Source: Scyliorhinus canicula
Taxonomy: Eukaryota
NCBI RefSeq assembly: GCF_902713615.1
Contig: NC_052146.1
Location: 83,593,982 to 83,657,981 of the forward strand
Length of the DNA: 64,000 nt
Direction: 5' to 3'
The position numbers and the translations under genes were made by a program. Of the stretch, positions 37,804 through 49,998 are shown in pieces (position 1 is the stretch's first letter; each line of letters opens with the position of its first letter). The notes beneath the pieces are model-generated. The model was not told the origin of the DNA, made no database searches, and worked only from the letters and a program-made list of their open reading frames with translations.

Positions 37804-40800
37804 GGATTGGCAAGAAGTCTCATCTATCAAACACCAGTCAGAAGGTGCCTGATGCAGACAGTGCTGGCGTTGTCTCAGCATCTGGGGATGATGAAAATCA
37901 TCGCTTACATATTGTGCCCCACTCTAGAGCAAGGGGCTCTTTGCGGTCTGTGAATTTTACTGATTCGTCACAGGGAGGCAATGAACCTATAAGCACTTTA
38001 GACTTTAACTGGGGACTTATCAATTTTCCCCAAAGACCAAAATCATTAGCCATTCCAAAATCATCCATACCAACTGAGCTTCTCCAAAATCCAGTCATGT
38101 CCATGTCACCTCAGGCAACATACTTATCCAAGATCATTCCGAATGCAATACTTCCTGCGGCAGTGGATGTTTTTACGATCAACACCGGTCAGAATGGTGT
38201 GCGTACCCTCAGCAGAAACAGCTTAATATACGATCCTTCCCCCGACTTTTCCCGTTCCACCTCCCTGCAGAATTACGATGGCCGGGATTATGCTTCGAGT
38301 GATGCTTGGAGTCATTCTCAATCTTCTGAAACCATCGTATCAAACAATTCCACTATTTCATCACAGGGAAATGCGCAGATTAATGATTCTGTGGAAGAGG
38401 ATCGAGAGAGAACGAGAGACCAATATAACGTTACAAATTCTGCCCCCGATCCTCGTGCAAACACAAGTAGATGGGTCAATGCCTGTTCTGCACAGAATGT
38501 TGCAGCAACGACTGTGGATACAGCTGCACACAATACCTCAAACCATGAACCTAATGATCTGAAAAGTAATGGTTGTGCTGATCAATCATTGTCTCCTGCA
38601 CAAAGCACCAGTAGTATTATTGATGCGTCGGATGCGCAGAGTGTAACAAGTGAGCGGTCAATCTCCAGAAGTTTGTCGGTTAAGAAAATGAAGAAGCCAC
38701 CAGCTCCTCCAAGAAGAATTCATTCCTTACAGCAAGCTGAGGAACAGAACTCAGAATTCAGACATCAAAGCTGTGCATCACCTGGGGAAGACGATGTGTT
38801 TGCCCCTTCACTTGGGGAAATTAAAAACATTCAATATGAATCTTGTGGGGGTTCCCCTGTTGCAAAATCTTCTCCCAATCACATACTGGTGACTGCTGTA
38901 GGTGGGGGAAAGTCAAAGGGAAATATCCTTCAGTCAACAAATAATTCTCCGCAAAATGCAACCTCGCCTAACAAATCTGAGCGAACCATGTCTCCATCCA
39001 GTGGCTACTCGAGTCAGAGTGGAACCCCCATTTTGGTGAGAAATCTTGGATCTCCTTCCTCCCCTATTGGGAGATCCAAACCGACAGCATCTGAAAGATC
39101 AACTTCCCTCACTTCTCCAGTAAGGTCACACTCAACATCTTTAGCATCAATATCATCCTCCGTATCTGGGCATGTTGATCTATTTTCCATCCCTCCTCCA
39201 CCATCATCACCTGCTCCTCCACCACCCACTGTCAAAATTGCAAAATTACCGCCATCGTTATATGCGTGGAGACCAGAAGCAATCCCTCCACCTCCAGCAG
39301 GACCAGCTCCATCGCCACCCAGAAAAAAACCGTCCTTCCTTTTCGCCAAATCCAATCGTGCCCCGCAGGTCACTTCAGCAACGCTGGTCGCTGCTGCCGC
39401 AGTCCTGCCAGTCACTGCAGCAACACCGGTCACTGTGGCAACGACCTTGCCAGTCACTGCAGCAACACCGGTCACTGTGGCAACGACCTTGCCAGTCACT
39501 GCAGCAACACCGGTCACTGTGGCAACGACCTTGCCAGTCACTGCAGCAACACCGGTCACTGTGGCAACGACCTTGCCAGTCACTGCAGCAACACCGGTCA
39601 CTGTGGCAACGACCTTGCCAGTCACTGCAGCAACACCGGTCACTGTGGCAACGACCTTGCCAGTCACTGTGACAACACCGGTCACTGTGGCAACGACCTT
39701 GCCAGTCACTGCAGCAACACCGGTTACTGTGGCCACGACCTTGCCAGTCACTGCAGCAACACCGGTCACTGTGGCCACGACCTTGCCAGTTACTGTGACA
39801 ACACCGGTCACTGTGGCAACGACCTTGCCAGTTACTGTGACAACACCGGTCACTGTGGCAACGACCTTGCCAGTTACTGTGACAACACCGGTTACTGTGG
39901 CCACGACCTTGCCAGTCACTGCAGCAACACCGGTCACTGCAACTGCAGCCCTCCCTGTCATTGTTCCCCTGCCGGTCACTATGGCAACACAAATCGCTGT
40001 GGCCCCGCCGGTCACTGCGGCAACACCAATCACTGTGGCCCCGCCGGTCACTGTGACAGCAGCCACAGCCCCGCCGGTCACTGTGACCCCACCCGCCCCA
40101 TTGCCATCTGTCCCTGTGGTCTCTGCAGCCTCAACCACGACGGTCACTACAGACAAGACTGCTGAGGCCCTGCTAGCCACTGGAAACGTAACTGTTGTTG
40201 ATCTGCCTTCAGCCTCGCCACTTGTAGTCCCACACGATCTATCTACCTCTGTGCCCACCCCTGTCTTATTGGCTCCTCCTGAACAGCAGGAAATTATTCC
40301 ACTTGCAGGGAAACCCCGCACACCCCCACCTACACCACCTCCGGCCCATCACCCACCGCCACCAAAGAAAACAACAATAACTGAAAAATTACCTCTTCCA
40401 GTTTCCTCAAATGTTTCAGAAGCCAGTGAGCAGGAACAGTCAGGACTCGATTGGCCACCACCTCCACCTCCTTTGTCCCCATCTGTCTTTGCCCCTTCAA
40501 CAGAAATCCCATCTTCATCTGAGAACATCAGTGCTACAAATTCAGACCAGCAAGATGCTGAATTCCTGTTTCCACCCCCTCCACCTCCTTCTCTATTAAC
40601 AGGCACAGCACAAGAAAATACATCATCTGCTGCGGATTTTCAGTTGGTTTGCCCACCAGCTCCCCCTCCAGCCGCTCCTGAGATAACATTGAAGGATGCA
40701 AATCCAGTGCAACCTGTACCTGCAGCATTCGCCTCCCCTTCTCTCCCACCCTCACAACCTACAGAAACTAAGGTGGCACCCATGCCTAAATCCTCAACTT

Positions 40801-41682
40801 TATCTGCAGCCACTCCTGCATCAAATAATCTTCAACAGAAGCCACTTGTCTCAGGACTCCAATCTGCAACGATAGCAGATTCGCAGCTTTCAAAAGTAAT
40901 GACTCAAACACCAAAGGTGTCTCATCAGGATTCTGAAAAAGAATTGACCGTTCAGCCTTCACCTAATCAAGATGGTGGTGGTCAGGATAGTAAACCGATT
41001 GTTACTGCCTCTCTGCTGCAGATGGTGCGGTTACGATCTGTCCAGATGACCACCTATGAGCCTATGAGAATAGAAAGCCAGCAACAAGTCAACAAAAACC
41101 ACCTGGATTTAAAACCATTCACCAAAAGCAACGTGACTGCGCCCAGCAAACCGGCTCGTAAGTCCTTGCTCCGTTTGTCATCCTCTTCTGATTCGGAATC
41201 GCCTGTAAAACCCACCAATTCTCTGTCGGTAAAGAAACCCACATTAGCCACCGCCGTTCAGGGACAAACGACACTTAAGCCACCTGATGACGGTGCTCTA
41301 CACAAATCTCCTGCCTCAACGGCCAGCTTCATTTTTTCAAAAAATGTAAGTCCCAAGAAGCTGGTCTTTGAAACCCCTCACTCGCCTGAGGCTCAGGCAG
41401 AAGTGAAGAAAAGCTTAATGGCTGAGCTTAACGTCGTCTCTGGGCGGATAGCTTCGAAGACTGAATCGAGAAGTCCAACAAATCCACAGAGTAAAACTGT
41501 TTCAGAAACCCCTTCTGCACAGAAAAAGCCCAGCAGAATTCCACCGCCTGTAGCCAAAAAGCCTTTGTTTTTGCCGAACACTCACAGACTGCCCTCCGCA
41601 TCGACTGATATGAGAGAACTTTCGCAAGCACAGGAAAAGTCTGATGCTCTCGGAGCTGCAAGAGATGCCAAGGATGAGAAAG
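37804..41682 (+). CDS. KIAA1522: KIAA1522/NHSL3 large exon (~1293 codons, Ser/Pro/Thr-rich disordered scaffold)
   Basis: Acceptor ttttgttctttctgttttgaaacag| in phase 1, in frame with ORF 37845..41717. Family motifs: RPKSLAIP, MSMSPQATYLSKIIPNAILP, SSDAWSHSQSSETIVS, KKPPAPPRRIHSL, ERTMSPSSGYSSQSGTP, VTASLLQMVRLRSV, SPASTASFIFSK, PPPVAKKP. Likely donor AAAG|gtattt after 41682; otherwise it reads through to TAA at 41717. Confidence 0.95.
39405..39950 (+). repeat. Coding 42-bp VNTR, (LPVTAATPVTVATT) x ~13
   Basis: 12 full units plus 1 degenerate unit in frame within the large exon; two variants, AAT and VTT. Confidence 0.97.
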
Positions 41683-42519
41683 GTATTTATTGGTATGAGA
41701 AGCAGCCGGAGTTTTAAACTCTGTTTGCTAAATTGAGTCTGTAGATTGATATTGTACGTAAATCATCCATGATCGTGATGAATGGCGGAGCAGGCTCGAA
41801 GGGCCAAAATGCCTCCTCCTGCTCCTATCTTCTATGTATCTATGTAAATGCCACACAGTGAGTTAAAGTTTAGGCTGGAGCAATTGCTTTGCAATGTTGT
41901 AGGATTGAACGTGACTTGTTTATCCAATGGTTTCCATTTGGACAATAACATCATTTTTACTTACTTTTCCAGTTGTCTTGCCATCCACAAAAAGGTGCAG
42001 AAAATATGAAAAGGTCATTTGCAGGTCCACAAACTAGCTGTGACTTTGTGGCTATTGATGTCTGTGCCATATTTGAATGAATGGAAGGACCCTGTTAGTC
42101 TGAAGTCCTTTGGCTTGGAATTAATTATTAATAATTTAGTTTTTGTTTAGAAAATATTAGTTTAAAGTGATCTTAATGTTTGGGAAGAATCTGCAAGAGG
42201 ATCTTGCAGTGAGAGATCAATTTGATTTGGCACAAATGATATCTGAGGGAAAAGATATCAGCGGGAATGTCTTTCTTGGCAAATCGGTCACTGTTTTAGT
42301 GGTCAGTTAGAGTATTGCTGGCCTATGATTGGACGGCCACCTTGTCCCAATAGCTGATGTGGTGAGCAGAGATCTGTATTAAACTGCTATCTGAAAAGGA
42401 AGAATATGGAAGGTGAGGGAATGGAATTGAGAGCCAGTATAGACACAAAGGGCCGAATAGCCTCCTCCTGCACTGTAACAATTTGATTTTATCTTCTGAA
42501 GGAAAGTGTTTAATCAATA

Positions 42520-43450
42520 ACTAGGTAATGGAACATCACAAGGAGCATTAGAAAATCAAACATTGAGCCATGTAAGGGGGTATTAGGATAGATGACTGAA
42601 AACCTTGGTCAAAGAGGAAGGATTTGATGAATGTCTTAAAGGAGAAAAGTGGGTTTGAGAGATTGCGAGGGTTTGTCCCTCAGCAACAGAAATGACCAAT
42701 GGTGGATGATTAAAATTGATGATATACAAGAGGCTAGAATTAGAGGAACGAAGAGACTTCAGAGCATTGTAGACCTGGAGGAGATTAGAGAGGCCAGAAA
42801 GACGTGAGATCATAGAGAGATTTGAAAGCAAGGGTGAAAATGTTGAAACGCAAGTGTTGCTTACTGGGAGCAAATGTTGGTCAGCAGACGTGGGGCTGAT
42901 GTGTGGATGGGCCTTGGTGTGAGTTAAACACGGGCAGAAAAATAATCTTCAGTTTCTGCAAGATAGAATATGGGCAACCCGCCGTGGGTGTGTTGAATTA
43001 GTCCAGTCTAGAGTTAACACAACTGTGAATGAGGGTTTCTGCAGCTGAACCAAGACTGGGAAGGAGACAAGTTATGTTATAGAGATGAAAATAGTGTGTT
43101 TAGTGATGGTGTGAACGTTGAGCTGAGAAGCTCATCGCAGGGTCAGATGATACCAAGGTTTGAGTGGTCTGGTTCAGTCTCACAGTTAGCAGGGAGAGGG
43201 GTGGAGACAGTACCTAGGAAGTGGAATTTATGATGGGAACAAAGACGATGACTTCAATCATCCCAAGATTTGATTAGAGGAAGTTTCAGCCCATTGAGTA
43301 ATAGATGTTGGAGAAACAGTTTGACAATTCAGGTTGAGTGGAAGGATTGAGACAGTTGTGGCGAGGTAGAGCTGAGTGTTGTCGGCATACATGTGGAAAC
43401 TGATGTACTTTTTGGATGATGTTGCCCAAGGGACACATGTAAATGAGAAA
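42520..43450 (-). mobile_element. L2 LINE fragment
   Basis: [14 protein letters not shown]. Confidence 0.8.
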
Positions 43451-43974
43451 TAGGAAATAATTTCCAACCAACCAATACCTGTTTTGCTGCAAAGTCACAC
43501 TTCATTTTTCTCAGAACATGCTCAGACCGTTCTGAAGACAAAGACGGGACTGAACTAGATATCCGGTTCCTTCTCTCTCCTCTTTTTGAAGCTGCATTCT
43601 ATCTCTGGGTCCTTCTCTCTCTCCTTTTTGCTCTGCATTCTCTCATGTGTGCATCCTCTTGAGTCTCGTTCAACCTATCCAATCGGGCTTTGATCACTTC
43701 TTTAATCTCTACTACATATGGAGTGCCTTCTATTTCCCTGTCAATCGCAGCAATATTCTGGATGCCCGAGGGCTTGTGATGCTCTGTTATTGAGTATTTT
43801 CAAGCCTGCGATTGATAGAATTTTGATTACTAAGGGAATTAATGGATCTGTGGATATTGCAGGAAGGTAGGTTTGAGGAAGAAAATCAACCGGCGTCTTT
43901 TTCAATCGTAGGGAAGGCTAGAAGAGCAAAATGGCCTCATCCAGCTCCTAGTTCTTCTGTTCTGAAATATGAAA

Positions 43975-44645
43975 AAAATATGAGAACATATGAAAAAGCA
44001 AGAGTGGACCGATCGGTCCATCGAGCCTGCGCCACCTTTCAATAAGGTGATGGCTGATCTGAGTGTGACCTCAGTGCCACATTTCTGCCGACCCCAATGA
44101 CCTTTCACCCCCCCCCCCCCCCCCCCCCCCGCTTGTTTATCAACAATCTATCTACCTCTGCCGTAAAAATATTCAAAGACTCTACTTCTACTGGCTTTTG
44201 AGGAAGAGAGTTCCAGAGACTTCACGACACTTGGAGAGAAAAGAGCTTTCCTGTCCTTTTAGTTTTAAACAGTGATCCATAGTTCTAGATTCTTCCACAA
44301 GAGGAAACATCCTCTCCACGTCTACCCTACCCAAAGCCCTCAGCATCTTGGATGTTTCAAACAAATCGCCTCTTCTAAACTCCAGCGGATACATTTGATA
44401 TGGCACCTTATCAAATGCCCTCTGGAAATCTAAGTGCAGTATATCCACCAGTTCCCCTTTATCCACAGCACATGTGACACCTTCAAAAAACCTCCAATAA
44501 ATTTGTTGAACATGGTTTACCTTTCACAAAATCGTGTTGACTCTGCCTGATTGCCTTGACGTTTTCCAAGTGCCCTGCTATAACATCTGTAATAATGGCT
44601 TCTAACATTTTCCCTATGGCAGATGTTAGGCTAACTAGTTGGCAT
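43975..44645 (-). mobile_element. CR1 LINE fragment
   Basis: VSLTSAIGKMLE...SQHDFVKGKPCSTNLLE; LDFQRAFDKVP. Confidence 0.85.
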
Positions 44646-44942
44646 GTAGGGTGCGATTTTACTAAAAGGGAATAAAGTCCCATAGTGAGCATGTTTAGCT
44701 GCATGTTTCCCGAAGCTCGCTGCAAGGCCGCACGTAGCCCTGTTTTGTGCCCTGGGGAGCTCCGCTTGCCGGAACACCTCAGTTTAGCGGGAGATTGGAA
44801 CACCACTTTTAAATGCCGTGGAGAGCCTGGTGCACGACGTCGGCAGCATGAGTAGAGGCGTCCAAGGCGTAGCTCAGTCAGTTATGGACATGGCTGAGGG
44901 CCTCAGCAGCATATTCAAGTCGCTGGTGGACATGTACCAGCC

Positions 44943-45200
44943 CCAGGTGAACCTTACTGAGGTGCTGCGGTACATGTCCCAGTCCCAGGTGAACCTTACT
45001 GAGGTGCTGCGGTACATGTCCCAGTCCCAGGTGGGCCTTACTGAGGTGCTGCGGTACATGTCCCAGTCCCAGGTGGGTCTTACTGAGGTGCTGCGGTACA
45101 TGTCCCAGTCCCAGGTGAACCTTACTGAGGTGCTGCGGTACATGTCCCAGTCCCAGGTGAACCTTACTGAGGTGCTGCGGAACATGTCCCAGTCCCAGGT
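44943..45200 (+). repeat. 42-bp tandem repeat x ~6 (QVNLTEVLRYMSQS)
   Basis: Direct inspection; lies within the Harbinger-type element. Confidence 0.92.
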
Positions 45201-47026
45201 GGGCATTGCCGACGCACCCCAGAGCATGTCCCAGTCACTGACGAGTATCGCTGAGGCCGTCAACACCATTGTGCAGACATTGGGGAGCCGCCAAGGAGCC
45301 AGATCATGCAAAGTGCCATGGCGAGCACGTTTAGCTGTGTTTCCCGGCGCTTGCAGCGAGGTCGCGCACAGCCCCGTTTTGTGCACTGAGGAGCTCCATT
45401 CGCCGGAACTTCTCAGTGTAGTGGGAAATTGGGACACCATTTTTAAATGCCGTGCCAATCACCGAGGCCCCCGACACAGCCTCCTAACCCCCACCCCCCA
45501 AGCCCTCCAGTCCCAGTGCCCCCCCCCAAAAATGCCTGCCAGGTGCATTGAAGGCCACGGGATGCAGTAAGTGGCAGGCTGCTTCCACCTCTGATATGAA
45601 TCCTGGGTACACACCTAGGTGCAGCGGTACAGCAAAGAAGGCTAAGCCGGTCGAGGATCAATGAGAGGGCACGGGGGTTGGGGGGGGCACCATCGTGGGC
45701 AAGGGCCAGTTGGGGTCACCGATATGCATCATTGAAACGTGTTGCACCCGAGACATATGACGCCTCTGGCATGTTATTCCGCAATGCGGGCTGACCTCCA
45801 AGCCCATGCCCCAGCGCTCCAGGCATGGTGGTCTTGCCCCCCCCCCCCCAATGCATACCATGTGCAGGTGATGGGTGTGAGCGAGCACTCAGCAGGCAGG
45901 CAGGAGTCAGACTATGGCATAGATTGAGAAGCAACAGCGCTCAGTTCACAGCATGTTATCATCACCCCCTCCCCCTGCCTTCGACCCGAGAGTGATACAA
46001 CGCAGACCATGGGAGGATGGAACAGAGTAGATGGGGAGTGGGGGGTGACACGGGCCAGGTGGGGGATGAGGATGGGGGTAAGGGAGTGGTGGGACGGTGG
46101 ATGGGTGGAGGGAGGAGGGGAGGTGTGAGATGACAGACGAAGCCTCACCCTATCTACGTCCTATGAGAAGTGGACAAGGATGAAGGCCTCCCTGGCCCTC
46201 TGGGCGTGCCGTACCCTCACACAAAGGGTGACTACCACAAAGCGGGCGACCCTCTTGGGGGTATACTGCAGTGCCCCACCAGAGCGGTTGAGACATCAGA
46301 ACTGCATTTTGAGCTGTGCGATGCCCATTTGGTGACAGTCCAGGAGGCCCCATGAGCCTCCTTGTATCTGGTCTCCACATCGGTCACCAGCCTCCGTGCT
46401 GGCGTCATTAGCCAGGCCCTCAGCGGGTATCACTTATCCCCCATGAGCCAACTGGCCATCCTGGGGTGCTCCTCAAAGAGGCTGGGGATGTCTAACTGCC
46501 CCAGAATGTAGCTGGCGTGCACACACGTGCATGATCTTCATGTGGTGGTCACACACGATCTGGATGTTCAGGGAGTGGAACTCCTTCCTGTTGAGGTAGA
46601 GCACTCCCTGATGCCCCAGTGCGTGCAAGGCGACATGCGTGCCATCTATTACTCCCTGGATCTGGGCCATCCTGGTTGTAGTGGAGAACCCTGCTGCCCG
46701 GGCACCTTGTTGGGCCTGGTCCAGGTCAAAGTGTATATAGTTCACCGTCCGGGCAAACAGGGCATCAGTGACTCCATGGATCCACTTGTGGGCTGCAGCT
46801 TGTGAAATGCCACACAGGACCCCGCTTGAGCCCTAGAATGATCCTGAGGCGTAGAAGTTTAGGTTTGTGATTATCTTGACGGCCACCGGGAGTGGGTATC
46901 CTGCTCCTCCACATGCCGCACTGTCCCTTTGTTGAGGCAAAACCTCGTGGGGCACACGCTGTCTGTCATCTGTCCACAAGACTAGCGATGCCTGTACATC
47001 TTGGGCCGTCACCGGCCTCCCGCTCT

Positions 47027-49998
47027 GGGTCCCTCGTTACCCTCATGGGCGGCCGGGTCCCTCGTTACCCTGATGGGCGGCCGGGTCCCTCGTTACCCTG
47101 ATGGGCGGCCGGGTCCCTCGTTACCCTGATGGGCGGCCTGATGGGCGGCCGGGTCCCTCGTTACCCTGATGGGCGGCCGGGTCCCTCGCTAGCCTGATGG
47201 GCGGCCGGGGCCCTCGTTACCCTGATGGGCGGCCGGGTCCCTCGCTAGCCTGATGGGCGGCCGGGTCCCTCGCTAGCCTGATGGGCGGCCGGGTCCCTCG
47301 TTACCCTGATGGGCGGCCGGGTCCCTCGTTACCCTGATGGGCGGCCGGGTCCCTCGCTAGCCTGATGGGCGGCCGGGTCCCTCGTTACCCTGATGGGCGG
47401 CCTGATGGGCGGCCGGGTCCCTCGCTAGCCTGATGGGCGGCCGGGTCCCTCGCTAGCCTGATGGGCGGCCGGGTCCCTCGCTACCCTGATGGGCGGGAGG
47501 GTCCCTCGCTACCCTGATGGGCGGCCGGGGTCCCTCGTTACCCTGATGGGCGGCCGGGGTCCCTCGCTAGCCTGATGGGCGGCCGGGTCCCTCGCTAGCC
47601 TGATGGGCGGCCGGGTCCCTCGCTACCCTGATGGGAGGCCTGATGGGCGGCCGGGTCCCTCGTTACCCTGATGGGCGGCCGGGTCCCTCGTTACCCTGAT
47701 GGGCGGCCGAGTCCCTCGCTAGCCTGATGGGCGGCCGGGTCCCTCGCTAGCCTGATGGGCGACCGGGTCCCTCGTTACCCTGATGTGCGGCCGGGTCCCT
47801 CGCTAGCCTGATGGGCGGCCGGGTCCCTCGCTAGCCTGATGGGCGGCCGGGTCCCTCGTTACCCTGATGTGCGGCTGGGTCCCTCGCTAGCCTAATGGGC
47901 GGCCGGGTCCCTCGTTACCCTGATGGGCGGCCGGGTCCCTCGTTACCCTGATGGGCGGCCGGGTCCCTCGTTACCCTGATGGGCGGCCGGGTCCCTCGTT
48001 ACCCTGATGGGCGGCCGGGTCCCTCGTTACCCTGATGGGCGGCCGGGTCCCTCGTTACCCTGATGGGCGGCCGGGTCCCTCGTTACCCTGATGGGCGGCC
48101 GGGTCCCTCGTTACCCTGATGGGCGGCCGGGTCCTTCGTTACCCTGATGGGCGGCCTGATGGGCGGCCGGGTCCCTCGTTACCCTGATGGGCGGCCTGAT
48201 GGGCGGCCGGGTCCCTCGCTACCCTGATTGGCGGCCGGGCCCCTCGCTACCCTGATGGGCGGCCGGGTCCCTCGCTACCCTGATGGGCGGCCGATACCCT
48301 CGCTAGCCTGATGGGCGGCCGGGTCCCTCGTTACCCTGATGGGCGGCCTGATGGGCGGCCGGGTCCCTCGTTACCCTGATGGGCGGCCGGGTCCCTCGCT
48401 AGCCTGATGGGCGGCCGGGTCCCTCGTTACCCTGATGGGCGGCCGGGTCCCTCGTTACCATGATGGGAGGCCTGATGGGCGGCCGGGTCCCTCGTTACCC
48501 TGATGGGCGGCCGGGTCCCTCGCTAGCCTGATGGGCGGCCGGGTCCCTCGCTAGCCTGATGGGCGGCCGGGTCCCTCGCTAGCCTGATGGGCGGCCGGGT
48601 CCCTCGCTAGCCTGATGGGCGACCGGGTCCCTCGTTACCCTGATGTGCGGCTGGGTCCTTCGCTAGCCTGATGGGCGGCCGGGTCCCTCGTTACCCTGAT
48701 GGGCGGCCGGGTCCCTCGTTACCCTGATGGGCGGCCGGGTCCCTCGCTAGCCTGATGGGCGGCCGGGTCCCTCGCTAGCCTGATGGGCGGCCGGGTCCCT
48801 TGTTACCCTGATGGGCGGCCGGGTCCCTCGTTACCCTGATGGCCGGCCGGGTCCCTCGTTACCCTGATGGGCGGCCGGGTCCCTCGTTACCCTGATGGGC
48901 GGCCGGGTCCCTCGCTAGCCTGATGGGCGGCCGGGTCCCTCGCTAGCCTGATGGGCGGCCGGGTCCCTCGCTAGCCTGATGGGCGGCCGGGTCCCTCGCT
49001 AGCCTGATGGGCGGCCGGGTCCCTCGTTACCCTGATGGGCGGCCGGGTCCCTCGTTACCCTGATGGGCGGCCGGGTCCCTCGCTACCCTGATGGGCGGCC
49101 GGGTCCCTCGCTACCCTGATGGGCGGCCGGGTCCCTCGCTACCCTGATGGGCGGCCGGGTCCCTCGCTACCCTGATGGGCGGCCGGGTCCCTCGTTACCC
49201 TGATGGGCGGCCGGGTCCCTCGCTAGCCTGATGGGCGGCCGGGTCCTTCGCTAGCCTGATGGGCGGCCTGATGGGCGGCCGGGTCCCTCGTTACCCTGAT
49301 GGGAGGCCTGATGGGCGGCCGGGCCCCTCGTTACCCTGATGGGCGGCCGGGCCCCTCGTTACCCTGATGGGCGGCCGGGTCCCTCGTTACCCTGATGGGC
49401 GGCCGGGTCCCTCGTTACCCTGATGGGCAGCCGGGTCCCTCGCTAACCTGATGGGCGGCCGGGCCCCTCGTTACCCTGATGGGCGGCCGGGTCCCTCGCT
49501 AGCCTGATGGGCGGCCGGGCCCCTCGTTACCCTGATGGGCGGCCGGGTCCCTCGTTACCCTGATGGGCGGCCGGGACCCTCGCTAGCCTGATGGGCGGCT
49601 GGGACCCTCGCTAGCCTGATGGGCGGCCGGGTCCCTCGTTACCCTGATGGGCGGCCGGGTCCCTCGCTAGCCTGATGGGCGGGAGGCTCCCTCGCTACCC
49701 TGATGGGCGGCCGGGTCCCTCGCTACCCTGATGGGCGGCCGGGTCCCTCGCTAGCCTGATGGGCGGCCGGGTCCCTCGCTACCCTGATGGGCGGCCGGGT
49801 CCCTCGCTACCCTGATGGGCGGCCGGGTCCCTCGCTACCCTGATGGGCGGCCGGGTCCCTCGCTAGCCTGATGGGCGGCCGGGTCCCTCGCTACCCTGAT
49901 GGGCGGCCGGGTCCCTCGCTACCCTGATGGGCGGCCGGGTCCCTCGCTACCCTGATGGGCGGCCGGGTCCCTCGCTAGCCTGATGGGCGGCCGGGTCC
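47027..49998. repeat. 28-bp CpG-rich minisatellite (cctgatgggcggccgggtccctcgttac), about 105 copies, inside a Harbinger transposase
   Basis: Direct inspection; variants ending ttac, ctag or ctac. Confidence 0.98.

Noticed and set aside
39014-40321. Antisense and alternate-frame ORFs (435, 299, 205 aa; Cys/His-rich)
   Set aside because: Shadows of the 42-bp coding repeat in the KIAA1522 exon.
44818-45570. 250-aa ORF resembling a methyl-accepting chemotaxis coiled coil
   Set aside because: GTG start, lies inside a decayed Harbinger, and the resemblance comes from heptad repeats only.
46473-46745. Domesticated HARBI1 gene
   Set aside because: In-frame stops, deletions and a 3 kb repeat interruption indicate a dead transposon.
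47027-49998. CRISPR-like array (28-bp repeats)
   Set aside because: Units are directly tandem with no unique spacers, there are no cas genes, and the context is vertebrate.
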